Shown here: positions 26,414 through 36,104 of the stretch, one piece after another | Position numbering within the stretch: the stretch's first letter is position 1 | Layout: the number at the start of each line of letters is the position of its first letter | Assembly (NCBI GenBank): GCA_046759165.1 | Contig: JBHIBS010000014.1 | Span: 1 to 45,091 of the forward strand | Direction of reading: 5' to 3' | DNA from: a bacterium | Lineage (GTDB): Bacteria > UBA6262 > WVXT01 | Length of the DNA: 45,091 bases | The notes under the pieces: generated by a model | What the model was told of the DNA's origin: nothing | The model's database searches: none | Seen by the model: the letters and a program-made list of their open reading frames with translations, nothing else | Program-made: the position numbers and the translations under genes

Positions 26414-27916
26414 CTATGCTTGGGCAGAGAGGTAGTCTTCTACTTCATCAAAAAATCTTCTCTTTATCTCATCGGTTGGTGGAGGAGTGCAAAGACTTAC
26501 TATTACATAGAGTAACATATTTAATAACATTGTGGGGATTATAGGATGGAGGCCGAGGAGAATCGGCTGATAGAGGAATCCACCAACTAAATACAACGTT
26601 CCAAAAATAGCCCCGGCAAGAGCCCCCTCTCTCGTTGCTCTCTTCCAGAGAATTCCACCAACAAGTGCCGGTCCCCACTGGGCAAATCCAGGGACAGCCA
26701 CCCTGGTAAGATAAAGGGCAAGGGCCATCTTCTGCCACAGGGCAATCCCGAGGCTGAGGATAATAATACCGATAACCGCCCCCTTAGTCCACCTGATGAG
26801 TTGGCGGTCAGTCGCCTGGCGTTTAAAGAGACCATATATGAGATCCCTTGAGACGAATATGCTTGCCGTCATCAACTGGATGGCAGCAGTTGATATGGCG
26901 GCAGCGATAACGCCCATCAGAACAAAGACAGAGAACCAACCTGGAAGGTAACGGGTAACTATAACCTGAACAACATTATCGGCCTCCTTGCCTATAAGAG
27001 GGGGTACGAGTGTTCCAGACATATGACTGATCGCCGGAGCGATCAGGGAACCCCAGAGAAATGGGATTGTATAGAATCCAATTCCTCCAAAGAGAAAAAG
27101 GAGCAACGGAAACCATTTGAAGAGCACTTTCCCCCTTGCCGTCATTATTCCTATAACGATATGAGGCCATGAGAATGCCATCAGGCCCACAATCAATGTT
27201 CCCCCCAATGTAACTGTGGTGAAGAAGCCTTCTGGCCCTGGCGTGGTAAGTAGTTCTGGTTTGTTGCTCAAGAGGATATTTGCTGCCTCTGAAAGTCCAC
27301 CAGGAAAGACTATTCTTATTACCCAGATGAGTGAACCGAGAAAGGCTGTTGAATAGACGATGCCTAAAAAGATATTCACCCACGCCGATATTCTCATCCC
27401 GCCAAGAAGAACAATAATGATCAAAAGGGATACTGTATAAATGGCACCGACAATTACTGGGAGGCCGGTGAGGGCATTGAATCCAATGCCAACGCCTAAG
27501 GGCTGGATTCCTATATAAGGGATAATGGAAGCAAGAAGGATAATAGCAAATAATCCCCTCAGGGTCTTTGATTCGTATCTTTCAGATAACGCTTCAATTG
27601 GAGAGAGGAATCGGTTCAAACGGCAGAGGGCCCAGAAGCGTGGACCGATGAACATATAGAGAGCGGCAAACCCAGCCACACATCCCCAGACAAAATAGAC
27701 ATAACCGGGGCCATGCCGATAGAGAAATCCTGGATAACCGTAAAATGTCCATGCACTTGAGACGGCAAAGAGAACGAAAAAAAACATAATTGTAATTCCT
27801 ATTCCCCGACCGGCAAGGAAATAGTCCTCAGCAGTCTTTGCCGAAATTTTGTATCCATAGACCGCCATGCACATCACAATTAAACCAAAAATAGCAAGGA
27901 CAATAATCTCCATCAT
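26414..27916 (-). CDS. Sodium:solute symporter (SSS family)
   Basis: DYFLAGR, SAWTFYGYPG, GGMR..AW, AAAIST, W..ATREGALAG; ~13 hydrophobic segments. Confidence 0.92.
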   Translation of the reverse strand: MMEIIVLAIFGLIVMCMAVYGYKISAKTAEDYFLAGRGIGITIMFFFVLFAVSSAWTFYGYPGFLYRHGPGYVYFVWGCVAGFAALYMFIGPRFWALCRLNRFLSPIEALSERYESKTLRGLFAIILLASIIPYIGIQPLGVGIGFNALTGLPVIVGAIYTVSLLIIIVLLGGMRISAWVNIFLGIVYSTAFLGSLIWVIRIVFPGGLSEAANILLSNKPELLTTPGPEGFFTTVTLGGTLIVGLMAFSWPHIVIGIMTARGKVLFKWFPLLLFLFGGIGFYTIPFLWGSLIAPAISHMSGTLVPPLIGKEADNVVQVIVTRYLPGWFSVFVLMGVIAAAISTAAIQLMTASIFVSRDLIYGLFKRQATDRQLIRWTKGAVIGIIILSLGIALWQKMALALYLTRVAVPGFAQWGPALVGGILWKRATREGALAGAIFGTLYLVGGFLYQPILLGLHPIIPTMLLNMLLYVIVSLCTPPPTDEIKRRFFDEVEDYLSAQA

Positions 27917-27920
27917 TTCT

Positions 27921-28136
27921 TCACCGTCTGAATGGCCAGTATCTGAAAAAGTATATCAGATAAGCCACGATCCATATAATTACGAATATCAGGCCAGCAA
28001 GATATGGCAAGGTCATCCACCCGAATATAAGAATCTCCTTCCCAAAATACCTGCTTACGTAAATAAGGCCGATTATTGAAATGAAAAGGATGAGGAGAAA
28101 TATCCTCCCCGGACGATGACTGAAGATTTCCCTCAC
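27921..28136 (-). CDS. Small two-TM membrane protein accompanying the SSS transporter
   Basis: 71 aa, two hydrophobic helices, GGAGGA RBS 8 nt before GTG; canonical position before SSS genes. Confidence 0.75.
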   Translation of the reverse strand: MREIFSHRPGRIFLLILFISIIGLIYVSRYFGKEILIFGWMTLPYLAGLIFVIIWIVAYLIYFFRYWPFRR

Positions 28137-28209
28137 AACATGGTTCCTCCCGATGGTTTGAAGGATGAAATTGTAACCAGTAATCTTGTATGGATTCTTG
28201 ACTTTTTTT

Positions 28210-28237
28210 ATTTTAACATCTTATGTCATATTGTCAA
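28210..28237 (-). promoter_or_regulatory. Sigma70-type promoter for symporter/ligase operon
   Basis: TTGACA-16 nt-TAAAAT with TGn on minus strand. Confidence 0.6.
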
Positions 28238-28305
28238 GCATAAAATTCATAATCTGTTCCAAATATGAGAATGGAACAGAAATTTTTGCTGAGGGAGGAA
28301 TAGAT

Positions 28306-28425
28306 ATGTCACAGAACAAAGGCTTCTTGCCAAAAATCATCCTTAAAATTGGAAGACTTCGATTCGATAAAGAAAGAATGGGCAGATGGCTTAAAGGGAG
28401 AAGCACTGAGCCGAAAAGGTTTTGA
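28306..28425 (+). pseudogene. Excisionase/HTH_17-type protein, C-terminal remnant
   Basis: KIGRLRFDKERMGRWLK resembles the wing and last helix of Xis-like proteins; immediately upstream of integrase remnant. Confidence 0.55.
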
Positions 28426-28434
28426 AGAAAATAA

Positions 28435-28463
28435 TTGAAAAACTTTACACAAGTTAGTATAAT
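28435..28463 (+). promoter_or_regulatory. Sigma70-type promoter upstream of integrase remnant
   Basis: TTGAAA-17 nt-TATAAT. Confidence 0.6.
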
Positions 28464-28471
28464 TTTTATAA

Positions 28472-28548
28472 AATTAACCAGAGCCAAGAAATGAAGGTGC
28501 GAAAGAGGGAGGGTAAGAGAGGCGTAGTTTATTTACTGGATTATCGAG
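28472..28548 (+). repeat. 77-bp direct repeat copy 2
   Basis: 71/77 identical to 23945-24021. Confidence 0.9.
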
Positions 28549-28864
28549 TGAATGGTTACAGGAAAGTTGAATCCCTGGGCAGGATAATAAAGAAAAAAGC
28601 AGACCTTATTAAGGCCCAGAGACAAAAGGAGATTGCTGAGGGTTAAAACCAATTATAATTGTGGCAGTCTTTACTGGGATGAGAAAGGGGGAAGTCCCAA
28701 ATTTAGAATGGAGTAACATCAAGTTAGATCTGCGTTTGTTCTACGTAGAACATACTAAAAGCAATAGAATTCGTGAAATTCCAATAGCCGGTCCTGTTAG
28801 AGAAATTCTCTGGAATTCAATAAAGAAATGTAACAGCGAATTACCGGTTGTAAAAAACGATTAA
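28491..28864 (+). pseudogene. Tyrosine integrase pseudogene (arm-binding fragment fused out of frame to a partial catalytic domain)
   Basis: 28491-28646 MKVRKR...YLLDYRVNGYRKVESLG; other frame from 28643 LKPIIIVAVFTGMRKGE..NLEW...TKSNRIREIPI; core-binding domain and HxxR/Tyr missing; next to tRNA. Confidence 0.85.
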
Positions 28865-28938
28865 AAAAATCATTAGAGTCAGAGTCTCTAACAGTGATGC
28901 CCTTAGAAATGCTTGAAAATAAAAGACGATTTGAAAGA

Positions 28939-29014
<76 letters not shown>

Positions 29015-29031
29015 AAATAATCGAATACACG

Positions 29032-29070
29032 GCCGTGTTTTCCACTTTTGTGGGGCAATGCGGCTTTTTT
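29032..29070 (+). terminator. Intrinsic terminator after tRNA-Thr
   Basis: GCCGTGTT...AATGCGGC hairpin followed by T6. Confidence 0.75.
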
Positions 29071-29085
29071 GAATTTATAAATGGG

Positions 29086-29114
29086 TTGAATTTTTGCGGA
29101 AATTGTGTTAAAAT
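29086..29114 (+). promoter_or_regulatory. Sigma70-type promoter
   Basis: TTGAAT-17 nt-TAAAAT with TGn, just before ATG 29127. Confidence 0.6.
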
Positions 29115-29126
29115 ACTATAAGAATT

Positions 29127-31661
29127 ATGGATAGAAAACTAATTAAATATTGCGATATAATAATAGAATTTGGCTTACCAATTTTAGCTTTCCTTATTGC
29201 TCTGTCTTTCTATCTGAAGACCTACGATTCATGTCAGGTAAAAATTACACTTCTACATATTGGTGCTACAATTATTATAGCAGCGTGGATTGTCAAGGCA
29301 ATTGAAAAGGGAAAGCTACTGGGGAGTAAAGAACAGCGCCTATACGCAGTTCCTGCTCTCTTTTTCCTCCTTTCTGGTATTATTTCTTTCTCCATTTCCC
29401 CATTCAAATTTACCAGTTTCGAGGAGCTTACTAGGAGAGTTCTGTATGTAGGAATTTTTCTGATCGCTCTAATTGAATTTGACAGTTCCGAAAAAGTAAA
29501 TAGAATGTTCCGCTGGATACTCGCTGCCACTTTTATCGCTGTTTTCTATGGTTTGGTTCAATTCATGGACTTGGATCCCTTTATTTGGAGGGGAGTTTTT
29601 GGGGATAGAATATTTTCCACTTTTGGCAATCCCAACTTCTTTGCAGCATTCCTGGTACTCGTTACTCCTTTAATTCTAACATTTTTCGATTTTTCCGACT
29701 TGGAAAAAGCTAAAAGGACAATTGTCTCTTTGGTTCTAGTGGCAGCCATTGGTATCCTCTACTGTTTTATGCAATTTTTGGGAAAGGAAGGACTCATGCG
29801 AATGGGAAGTTTGGGAGCTGCAGCCTTTCTCTTCTTTGTTGAAAATAAGACCTATGCTTTCTTCTTTCTACTTCTCTTTTCCTTATGCTTAATGGTGTTA
29901 TTGAAAATGAAGTCCAGAAAGTTTCTGATTCTCTTTCTGTTTATCGTTCTCGTTAATGTCCTCATGACCAGAACCAAAGCTGCTTACATCGGGTTTGCAG
30001 CGGGAACCTGCTTTTTTGCAATCGTGACCACGCTGTTTATTGTTCCAGCCACAAAAAAGCAGAAGAAAGCTTTCCTAGCGTGTTTCTTATCAGTAGTGCT
30101 CCTGGGTACTCTCTTTGGAGTAGTTTTCCTTCTGCGACAGCGAATAGACTCGGTACGTTTCCGGGTCTTCACCTGGCTTTCCACTTTGGAAATGATTAGA
30201 GATTACCCTGAGGAAGGCACGGGTCTTGAGGCTACGGCTAAAAGGGAACTAATTCACAAATTTCTGGGAACAGGAATTGGCACTTTCAAAATAGTCTATC
30301 CAGCTTTCAGGCGTCCCGAGATATTCCATATTGAGGGAAAGCATAATACCGAGACAGACCATCCAGAAAATGAGTTCATCGAGGTCTGGTACGATGAGGG
30401 GATAGTTGGACTGGGGATATTTCTCTGGCTCCTGATGGTATTCTTTTACACTGGAACGAAGAGGTTAAAGCAAGTTACCAGCCATTCGGCGCAAGGTCCC
30501 CCTTCTCCCAAGAATTCTCGGTTTAATCCTCACTCTAAGAAGGGTTCAAAATTCAAGATCGGCTATCTGCCAGATAAGTTTACAAGACGCCAATATCTAC
30601 TTCTTGGCTTGCTCTCGGGTCTGTTTGGACTTCTGGTGCACAACACCATGGGTGTGAATATGAGATTTGTATCTTCGGGTTTCGTTTTCTGGCTTTTCCT
30701 GGGACTGCTTGGTGGTCAGATACTGGGTGAGAAGGAGAAGGATAACGCGAGTTTGGAAGGTAATAGGAGGTCTAAGTTTCCAGTTAATGTTCGCTCCCGA
30801 AGGATAATCCAGACCTTAGTTATAATTCTCGCTTTGTTTCTGGTCTTCTTCTTCAGGCGATTCTTTATAGCGGATATCCACCACAACAAGGCTATTGCTT
30901 ACTCCAAAGCCAGTATGTGGGAGAATGCTTTAAAGGAGTATCAGACTGTTTTGAGAAATAACCCTTATTATGCAATGACTCACTACTTTATGGGCAATGT
31001 CTACAACGATAGATGGGATATGAGGAGAGTTTACAACCCGCGCTGGGATTCTGTAGACCTGCGACAGAAATATTTCTTTCCTTTCATCCATAAATTGTTG
31101 AATGGGACAGAAGAGGAGGACCAAAAGCCGCGCACTGATGCTGAAAGGGCGCTGGCGAAGTATGCCGATTTAAAGAAGCTGGCTCCCCACTATGTACAGG
31201 TTCACTTTCAGGAAGGAATAGTCTATACTAAGTTGGGCGAGTGGGATAAGGCTATAGAAGATTTCGAGAAGGCTTTAGTTCTCGACCCTGTATATGCTCC
31301 GAGCTATTTCAAGATGGGCTGGTGCTATGTTCAGAAGAAAGAATGGGCGAAAGCAGAGGAGGTTTACCAGAAGGCTGTAGAATGGAATCCAAAGTTTGGT
31401 CAGGCATATATAAATTTAGGCAATGTCTATTTTATGCAGACCAAGTTCAGAGAGGCTGAAAATTGTTATAAGAAGGCAGTGGAGCTGAACGATTCTGACA
31501 TTAGTGCCCACAGGAGTCTTGCTGCTTTCTACTGGAATGTAAAAAGATACGATTTAGCCCTGAAAGAATGGGAAAAGATATTAGAGTTGAATCCTGAAGA
31601 TAAACAGGCAAAATCTATAATTGAACAGGTGAAGGGTGAGAAGCTAAGAGTCGGAGATTAA
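29127..31661 (+). CDS. O-antigen ligase/Wzy_C-family membrane protein with C-terminal TPRs
   Basis: Multiple TM helices, STFGNPNF, T.TKAAY, R..TW, G.GIGTF, HPENE..E...GIVG; TPR repeats at C-terminus. Confidence 0.85.
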   Translation: MDRKLIKYCDIIIEFGLPILAFLIALSFYLKTYDSCQVKITLLHIGATIIIAAWIVKAIEKGKLLGSKEQRLYAVPALFFLLSGIISFSISPFKFTSFEELTRRVLYVGIFLIALIEFDSSEKVNRMFRWILAATFIAVFYGLVQFMDLDPFIWRGVFGDRIFSTFGNPNFFAAFLVLVTPLILTFFDFSDLEKAKRTIVSLVLVAAIGILYCFMQFLGKEGLMRMGSLGAAAFLFFVENKTYAFFFLLLFSLCLMVLLKMKSRKFLILFLFIVLVNVLMTRTKAAYIGFAAGTCFFAIVTTLFIVPATKKQKKAFLACFLSVVLLGTLFGVVFLLRQRIDSVRFRVFTWLSTLEMIRDYPEEGTGLEATAKRELIHKFLGTGIGTFKIVYPAFRRPEIFHIEGKHNTETDHPENEFIEVWYDEGIVGLGIFLWLLMVFFYTGTKRLKQVTSHSAQGPPSPKNSRFNPHSKKGSKFKIGYLPDKFTRRQYLLLGLLSGLFGLLVHNTMGVNMRFVSSGFVFWLFLGLLGGQILGEKEKDNASLEGNRRSKFPVNVRSRRIIQTLVIILALFLVFFFRRFFIADIHHNKAIAYSKASMWENALKEYQTVLRNNPYYAMTHYFMGNVYNDRWDMRRVYNPRWDSVDLRQKYFFPFIHKLLNGTEEEDQKPRTDAERALAKYADLKKLAPHYVQVHFQEGIVYTKLGEWDKAIEDFEKALVLDPVYAPSYFKMGWCYVQKKEWAKAEEVYQKAVEWNPKFGQAYINLGNVYFMQTKFREAENCYKKAVELNDSDISAHRSLAAFYWNVKRYDLALKEWEKILELNPEDKQAKSIIEQVKGEKLRVGD

Positions 31662-31680
31662 CTTTTACTCTTCCTCTCTC

Positions 31681-31719
31681 CGCCAGCCTGCCAGCATTCG
31701 TGGCGAGTGGCGGTTTTTT
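31681..31719 (+). terminator. GC-rich hairpin with T-tract between the two ligase-like genes
   Basis: CGCCA...TGGCG stem followed by G and T6. Confidence 0.45.
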
Positions 31720-31730
31720 CTATTATAGAA

Positions 31731-34034
31731 ATGGAATTCGATCGCATAATAAAATATATTTTTTTTCTTCTCCTTTTAATTTGTCCTCTAATCTTTCTTA
31801 CCAATACTACTCGCAATCCTTATATAATACAAGGCGTAGTGTTTGGGATTAGTCTATCTGTGATTTTGGCTATCTGGCTGATAAAGAGTAATCTTAGACG
31901 GCAGATCATTTTACCCAGAACATACCTCGACAAACCCCTTTTATTCTTCTTTTTGGTCTCATTCCTTTCGGTCGCTTATTCGTTCTCCATTCATCCGGAA
32001 ATGAAACTGGCTATCCTTTCCTTTGGTGGGAGAAACCTCCTATTCTTATTTCTCAATTGCATAGCGGTCTTTTATATAACTGTCCACCTCCTGCGCGATG
32101 AAAGAAATCTTAACAGGTTACTCTATATTGCCTTTGCAGTGGGAACGCTTGCCTCTTTGTATGCAATACTTCAGTATGAAGGGATTGAACCCATATGGCC
32201 AATGAAAATAGAGCCCTTCGGCACTCGCAGCGTTTCCACCTTTGGCAACCCCAATTTCTTGGCAAGTTTTCTGATTCTAATTTTGCCTGTGATAGCGATT
32301 CTGGCTGTTTATGAAAAGTCTCTCATAAAGAAGCTCTTTTTAGGCGGACTTTTTGGAGTTAATTTCCTTGGACTGATGGTGACCCGCACTCGCAGCGCTT
32401 GGCTGGGGCTTTTTGTGGCTTCGATTTTCGTTGCGTTCTTTTTGGTCTCTTACCAGGTCTCTCTAATTTCGAGGAATAGAAAGTGGTTAATCTTTCTGGC
32501 GAGTCTTCTGTTTCTGATGATGCTCTATCCTGTAAGGGTCGAACGACAAGGGCAGAGGAAAGTTATGGTTGTGAAGCTTGCTATTGAGAAGGTTAAGAGC
32601 TTTACCGATCTTAAACAGATGGCCTATGTTCAGAGATTTCTAATCTGGCAGGCAGCCTATCCCATGTTTAAGGAAAGCCCACTTTTAGGCCATGGCTGGG
32701 GAAATTTTGAGATTATCTATCCATTTCATCAGGCGAAGTATCTGAAGATAAAGAAGTATTCTCCTTTTCGCACCCATGCCAACAATGCTCATAATGAAAT
32801 ATTAGAGATAGCTTCCCAAACGGGGATTGTGGGGCTGGGAATATATGTTTGGTTATTCGTCCTCTTTTTTAAAGTAGGAATAGATAGTTACAGGAAGCTT
32901 AGTACTGAGTATGATAAGATTGTTGTTTTGGGGCTTTTGGCAAGCATTTTTGGAATGCTGGTCGACAATTTGTTGAATGTTTCTTTGCATTTCCCAATGC
33001 CTGCCCTTCTCTTCTGGATATGGATGGGATTGGCAGTGGGAATATGCCAGAGAAGGGGGATGCCGGAACGCAGGATTTCCATTAAAAAATTTCTTGTTTA
33101 TCCGATAAATGTTCTCTCTGGAATAATTATTTTTGGAATTATTCTCTTTAATCTTAAGTATTTCCGAGGGGAGATCCACTATTTTAAGGGTTTTAAGTAC
33201 GCAAAAAATAACACTACGCTGGGAAATGCAGTTAAGGAGTGCGAGCTGTCCTATAGGATTTATCCTCTAAATGTGGACAATAACTATGAACTGGGGAACG
33301 CTTATGCTCGCCTAGACGAGAAGGAGAAAGCTATTTGGGCTTACCTTAAAGCAATAGAAGCAAACCCTGGCTACGACGAGATATACTCAAATTTAGGAAT
33401 TATGTATGGAGAGACCGGAAGAATACCAGAGGCCATTGAAGCTCTAAGTAAATCAATTGAGATAAATCCTCTTTCGGTCCCTACGCGCTCCTACCTCGCA
33501 CAGATGCATATTAGAAGAGGGGAATGGGAGAAAGCTGCTAACCAATATCGAGAAATATTAGACCTTGAACCCGAAAATTCGAAAGCTAAAGCGAATCTTT
33601 CCTTTATCCAGGCACAGATGGAAGGGAAACATCCTCTTCGTGCACAGACACAGGAAATCAAACTTCTGTTTGAGAAAGGGGAAAAGTATATAAAGAATAG
33701 AGATTGGAATAAAGCACAAGAGACTTATGGAAAGATTGTAGAGCTTGCCCCCAGAAACATAAAGGCAAACCTCTATTTGGGTAATGTATATTTTAGCCAG
33801 AGTAAGATAGAGGAAGCTATCAATCAATATCAGAAGATAATCGAACTCTCTCCGACATTCAATATCGGGATTCATAATAACCTCGGTCTTGCCTATCTGG
33901 AATTGAAAAAGGTCAATCTGGCGAGAGAAGAGTTCCGGAAAGTTTTGAAAGTTGATCCTGGAAACGAATTGGCCATCAGGAAGTTGAGACAGATAGATTC
34001 TGGGCTTGGAGAGAGTCAAAAGAGGATACCTTGA
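31731..34034 (+). CDS. O-antigen ligase/Wzy_C-family membrane protein with C-terminal TPRs (paralog; ATG 31731 preferred)
   Basis: STFGNPNF, TRTRSAW, RFLIW, P.LGHGWGNF, AHNEILE...TGIVG; TPR repeats. Confidence 0.87.
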   Translation: MEFDRIIKYIFFLLLLICPLIFLTNTTRNPYIIQGVVFGISLSVILAIWLIKSNLRRQIILPRTYLDKPLLFFFLVSFLSVAYSFSIHPEMKLAILSFGGRNLLFLFLNCIAVFYITVHLLRDERNLNRLLYIAFAVGTLASLYAILQYEGIEPIWPMKIEPFGTRSVSTFGNPNFLASFLILILPVIAILAVYEKSLIKKLFLGGLFGVNFLGLMVTRTRSAWLGLFVASIFVAFFLVSYQVSLISRNRKWLIFLASLLFLMMLYPVRVERQGQRKVMVVKLAIEKVKSFTDLKQMAYVQRFLIWQAAYPMFKESPLLGHGWGNFEIIYPFHQAKYLKIKKYSPFRTHANNAHNEILEIASQTGIVGLGIYVWLFVLFFKVGIDSYRKLSTEYDKIVVLGLLASIFGMLVDNLLNVSLHFPMPALLFWIWMGLAVGICQRRGMPERRISIKKFLVYPINVLSGIIIFGIILFNLKYFRGEIHYFKGFKYAKNNTTLGNAVKECELSYRIYPLNVDNNYELGNAYARLDEKEKAIWAYLKAIEANPGYDEIYSNLGIMYGETGRIPEAIEALSKSIEINPLSVPTRSYLAQMHIRRGEWEKAANQYREILDLEPENSKAKANLSFIQAQMEGKHPLRAQTQEIKLLFEKGEKYIKNRDWNKAQETYGKIVELAPRNIKANLYLGNVYFSQSKIEEAINQYQKIIELSPTFNIGIHNNLGLAYLELKKVNLAREEFRKVLKVDPGNELAIRKLRQIDSGLGESQKRIP

Positions 34035-34059
34035 CAAGATAGGGGAAATCTGTTAGGAT
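34031..34059 (+). promoter_or_regulatory. Sigma70-type promoter
   Basis: TTGACA-17 nt-TAGGAT with TGn. Confidence 0.65.
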
Positions 34060-34120
34060 TATACGCGTATAATTGAAGCACGGAACCTGTGATGAATAGC
34101 AGTCCACAAAGGAAAGGAGA

Positions 34121-34846
34121 ATGAAAAAAGGGTACCTTCCATTAACACTATTGATAGGAGTGGTTATTGCTTACTTTTTAGGCATTTATTCTGTCTTATC
34201 TGCAGGGGAAGTGGTCGATTTGATTGATACCCCCACTCCTCAAATTGTTGAACAGGGGGGATATAATGTAAATTTCCGCTTCTATAGCTTGGAAAGCAAG
34301 GGGGGTGGCAATGATATTGGACTTCTAGCCGGCCTATTCTTTGGGATGTTGGAGCATATGAACCTGGGAGTTTATCTCGATACTGAAAATATCATAGGCA
34401 ATCAGAATATCAAGCTCAGGCGTCCCCGACTCTTTGTAAAATTTCGCGTTTTCAGTGGAACCCAGTACTTTCCGGCAATAGGTGTTGGTTACGATGATCA
34501 AGGTTACGGAGAATATAGGGATAGAAAGTATGAACAGAGAGAAAAGGGTTTCTTTATAGTCCTCTGCAAAGAAAATTTTATTCGGCAATTGGAAGTCTGT
34601 ACTGGAATTAATGGTTACGATTTTGATAAATTTAGGATGAGAGGATTCATTAGCGTATTTTCTCGACTGGGAGAGAATGTAATCCCGATGTTAGAATTCG
34701 ATAATTTGGGTGGTGGAAACCAGAACAGGATAAATATGGGCATACGTTATTTCATTACGCCAAACTTAAACGTTGAAGTAGATGGAAAAGACGTCGCCGA
34801 TGGGTTTGACCGCATCTTTCGCATCGGGTATATGAGTGCATTTTAA
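34121..34846 (+). CDS. Putative outer-membrane beta-barrel protein (YjbH-like)
   Basis: Signal peptide, LIDTPT, PAIGVG.D.QG, amphipathic strands, terminal Phe. Confidence 0.6.
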   Translation: MKKGYLPLTLLIGVVIAYFLGIYSVLSAGEVVDLIDTPTPQIVEQGGYNVNFRFYSLESKGGGNDIGLLAGLFFGMLEHMNLGVYLDTENIIGNQNIKLRRPRLFVKFRVFSGTQYFPAIGVGYDDQGYGEYRDRKYEQREKGFFIVLCKENFIRQLEVCTGINGYDFDKFRMRGFISVFSRLGENVIPMLEFDNLGGGNQNRINMGIRYFITPNLNVEVDGKDVADGFDRIFRIGYMSAF

Positions 34847-34934
34847 ATTGGAAGATAGTTTGTTCATCGCTGAGGAAGATATACTCCGGATTTGGCTCGC
34901 TCGCCGAGAATTTTTTGGTGTTTGACCACCCCCT

Positions 34935-34998
34935 GTCATTGCGAGCGACTGGAAAGAGCGTGGCAATCTCGAGATTACTTAGGTTGCCTCGCAATGAA
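34935..34998. repeat. GTCATTGCGAG...CTCGCAATGA palindromic intergenic element
   Basis: 10-bp inverted repeat 34936-34945 / 34988-34997 with inner AATCTCGAGATT palindrome; related copy at 39024-39091. Confidence 0.75.
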
Positions 34999-35096
34999 CT
35001 CTTTTCTTCGATTTTTGGCCAAAATTCCAAAAGCTCTTCATAAACTATCTTTCAAATGCGAATTAAGGTGAATTCTATTCCTAAAAAGGAGATCGC

Positions 35097-36104
35097 GTGG
35101 CTGAGGTTGAAGGGTTAGATTTTGAAAGGCCAGTTGTAGAACTGGAAAAGAAAATTGAAGAGCTAAAGGGTCTCAGCGCTAACGAAACAGTCGACTTCTC
35201 TCAAGAGATAATCAGTCTGGAGAAGAAATGTAAGAAACTTAAAAAGGAAATTTTCGGCAAGCTCACTCCCTGGCAAAAGGTTCAGCTGGCTCGGCATCCT
35301 CAACGTCCCTATACTTTGGATTACATAGATTTACTTATGAGTGATTTTGTAGAACTTCGCGGAGACAGAAATTTTGCCGATGATCCAGCTATAGTGGCGG
35401 GAATAGCTAAATTTCAGAACAAAACGGTTGTAGTTATTGGTCATCAGAAGGGCCGGACGCTCCAGGAAAACATGGTGAGAAATTTCGGAATGCCGCATCC
35501 GGAAGGGTACCGCAAGGCGTTGAGGATGATGAAGCTGGCTGAGAAATTTTCAATTCCTGTCATTAGTTTCATAGATACTCCCGGCGCTTATCCAGGAATC
35601 GGGGCAGAAGAGAGGGGGCAAGCCGAGGCAATTGCTCGAAATTTGAAAGCCATGTCGGAATTCGAAATTCCGATTATTGTGGTGGTCATCGGAGAGGGAG
35701 GTAGTGGTGGAGCGCTGGGAATCGGCGTTGGTGATAAAGTCCTAATGTTAAAAAATGCTATCTATTCGGTTATCTCTCCTGAGGGTTGTGCTTCTATTCT
35801 CTGGAGGGATGCAGCAAAGGCTCCAGAGGCTGCTAAGGCACTAAAGTTGACCGCCAAAGATTTACTAGAGTTAAAAGTGATTGACGAAATCATCGATGAA
35901 CCTCTGGGTGGCGCCCATCGGGACATAGGATTTGTAGGGAGGCAATTGGAAGAAAAAATAAAGAGATACCTGAGTGAATTAAAGAACTTATCCGTAGAAG
36001 AACTGTTGAGAAAAAGATACCAAAGGTTCCGCCTACTGGGGGAATTTGTTGAAGTAGAACCGAGGAGAAAGGGGAAAACTGAAATAAGCGACGAGAGAAA
36101 ATGA
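35097..36104 (+). CDS. accA: Acetyl-CoA carboxylase carboxyltransferase alpha subunit
   Basis: [58 protein letters not shown]. Confidence 0.97.
   Translation: MAEVEGLDFERPVVELEKKIEELKGLSANETVDFSQEIISLEKKCKKLKKEIFGKLTPWQKVQLARHPQRPYTLDYIDLLMSDFVELRGDRNFADDPAIVAGIAKFQNKTVVVIGHQKGRTLQENMVRNFGMPHPEGYRKALRMMKLAEKFSIPVISFIDTPGAYPGIGAEERGQAEAIARNLKAMSEFEIPIIVVVIGEGGSGGALGIGVGDKVLMLKNAIYSVISPEGCASILWRDAAKAPEAAKALKLTAKDLLELKVIDEIIDEPLGGAHRDIGFVGRQLEEKIKRYLSELKNLSVEELLRKRYQRFRLLGEFVEVEPRRKGKTEISDERK

Noticed and set aside
28884-28896. TCTCTAACAGTG as another CCCCGTTAGA-family end
   Set aside because: Only partial match and no partner inverted end found
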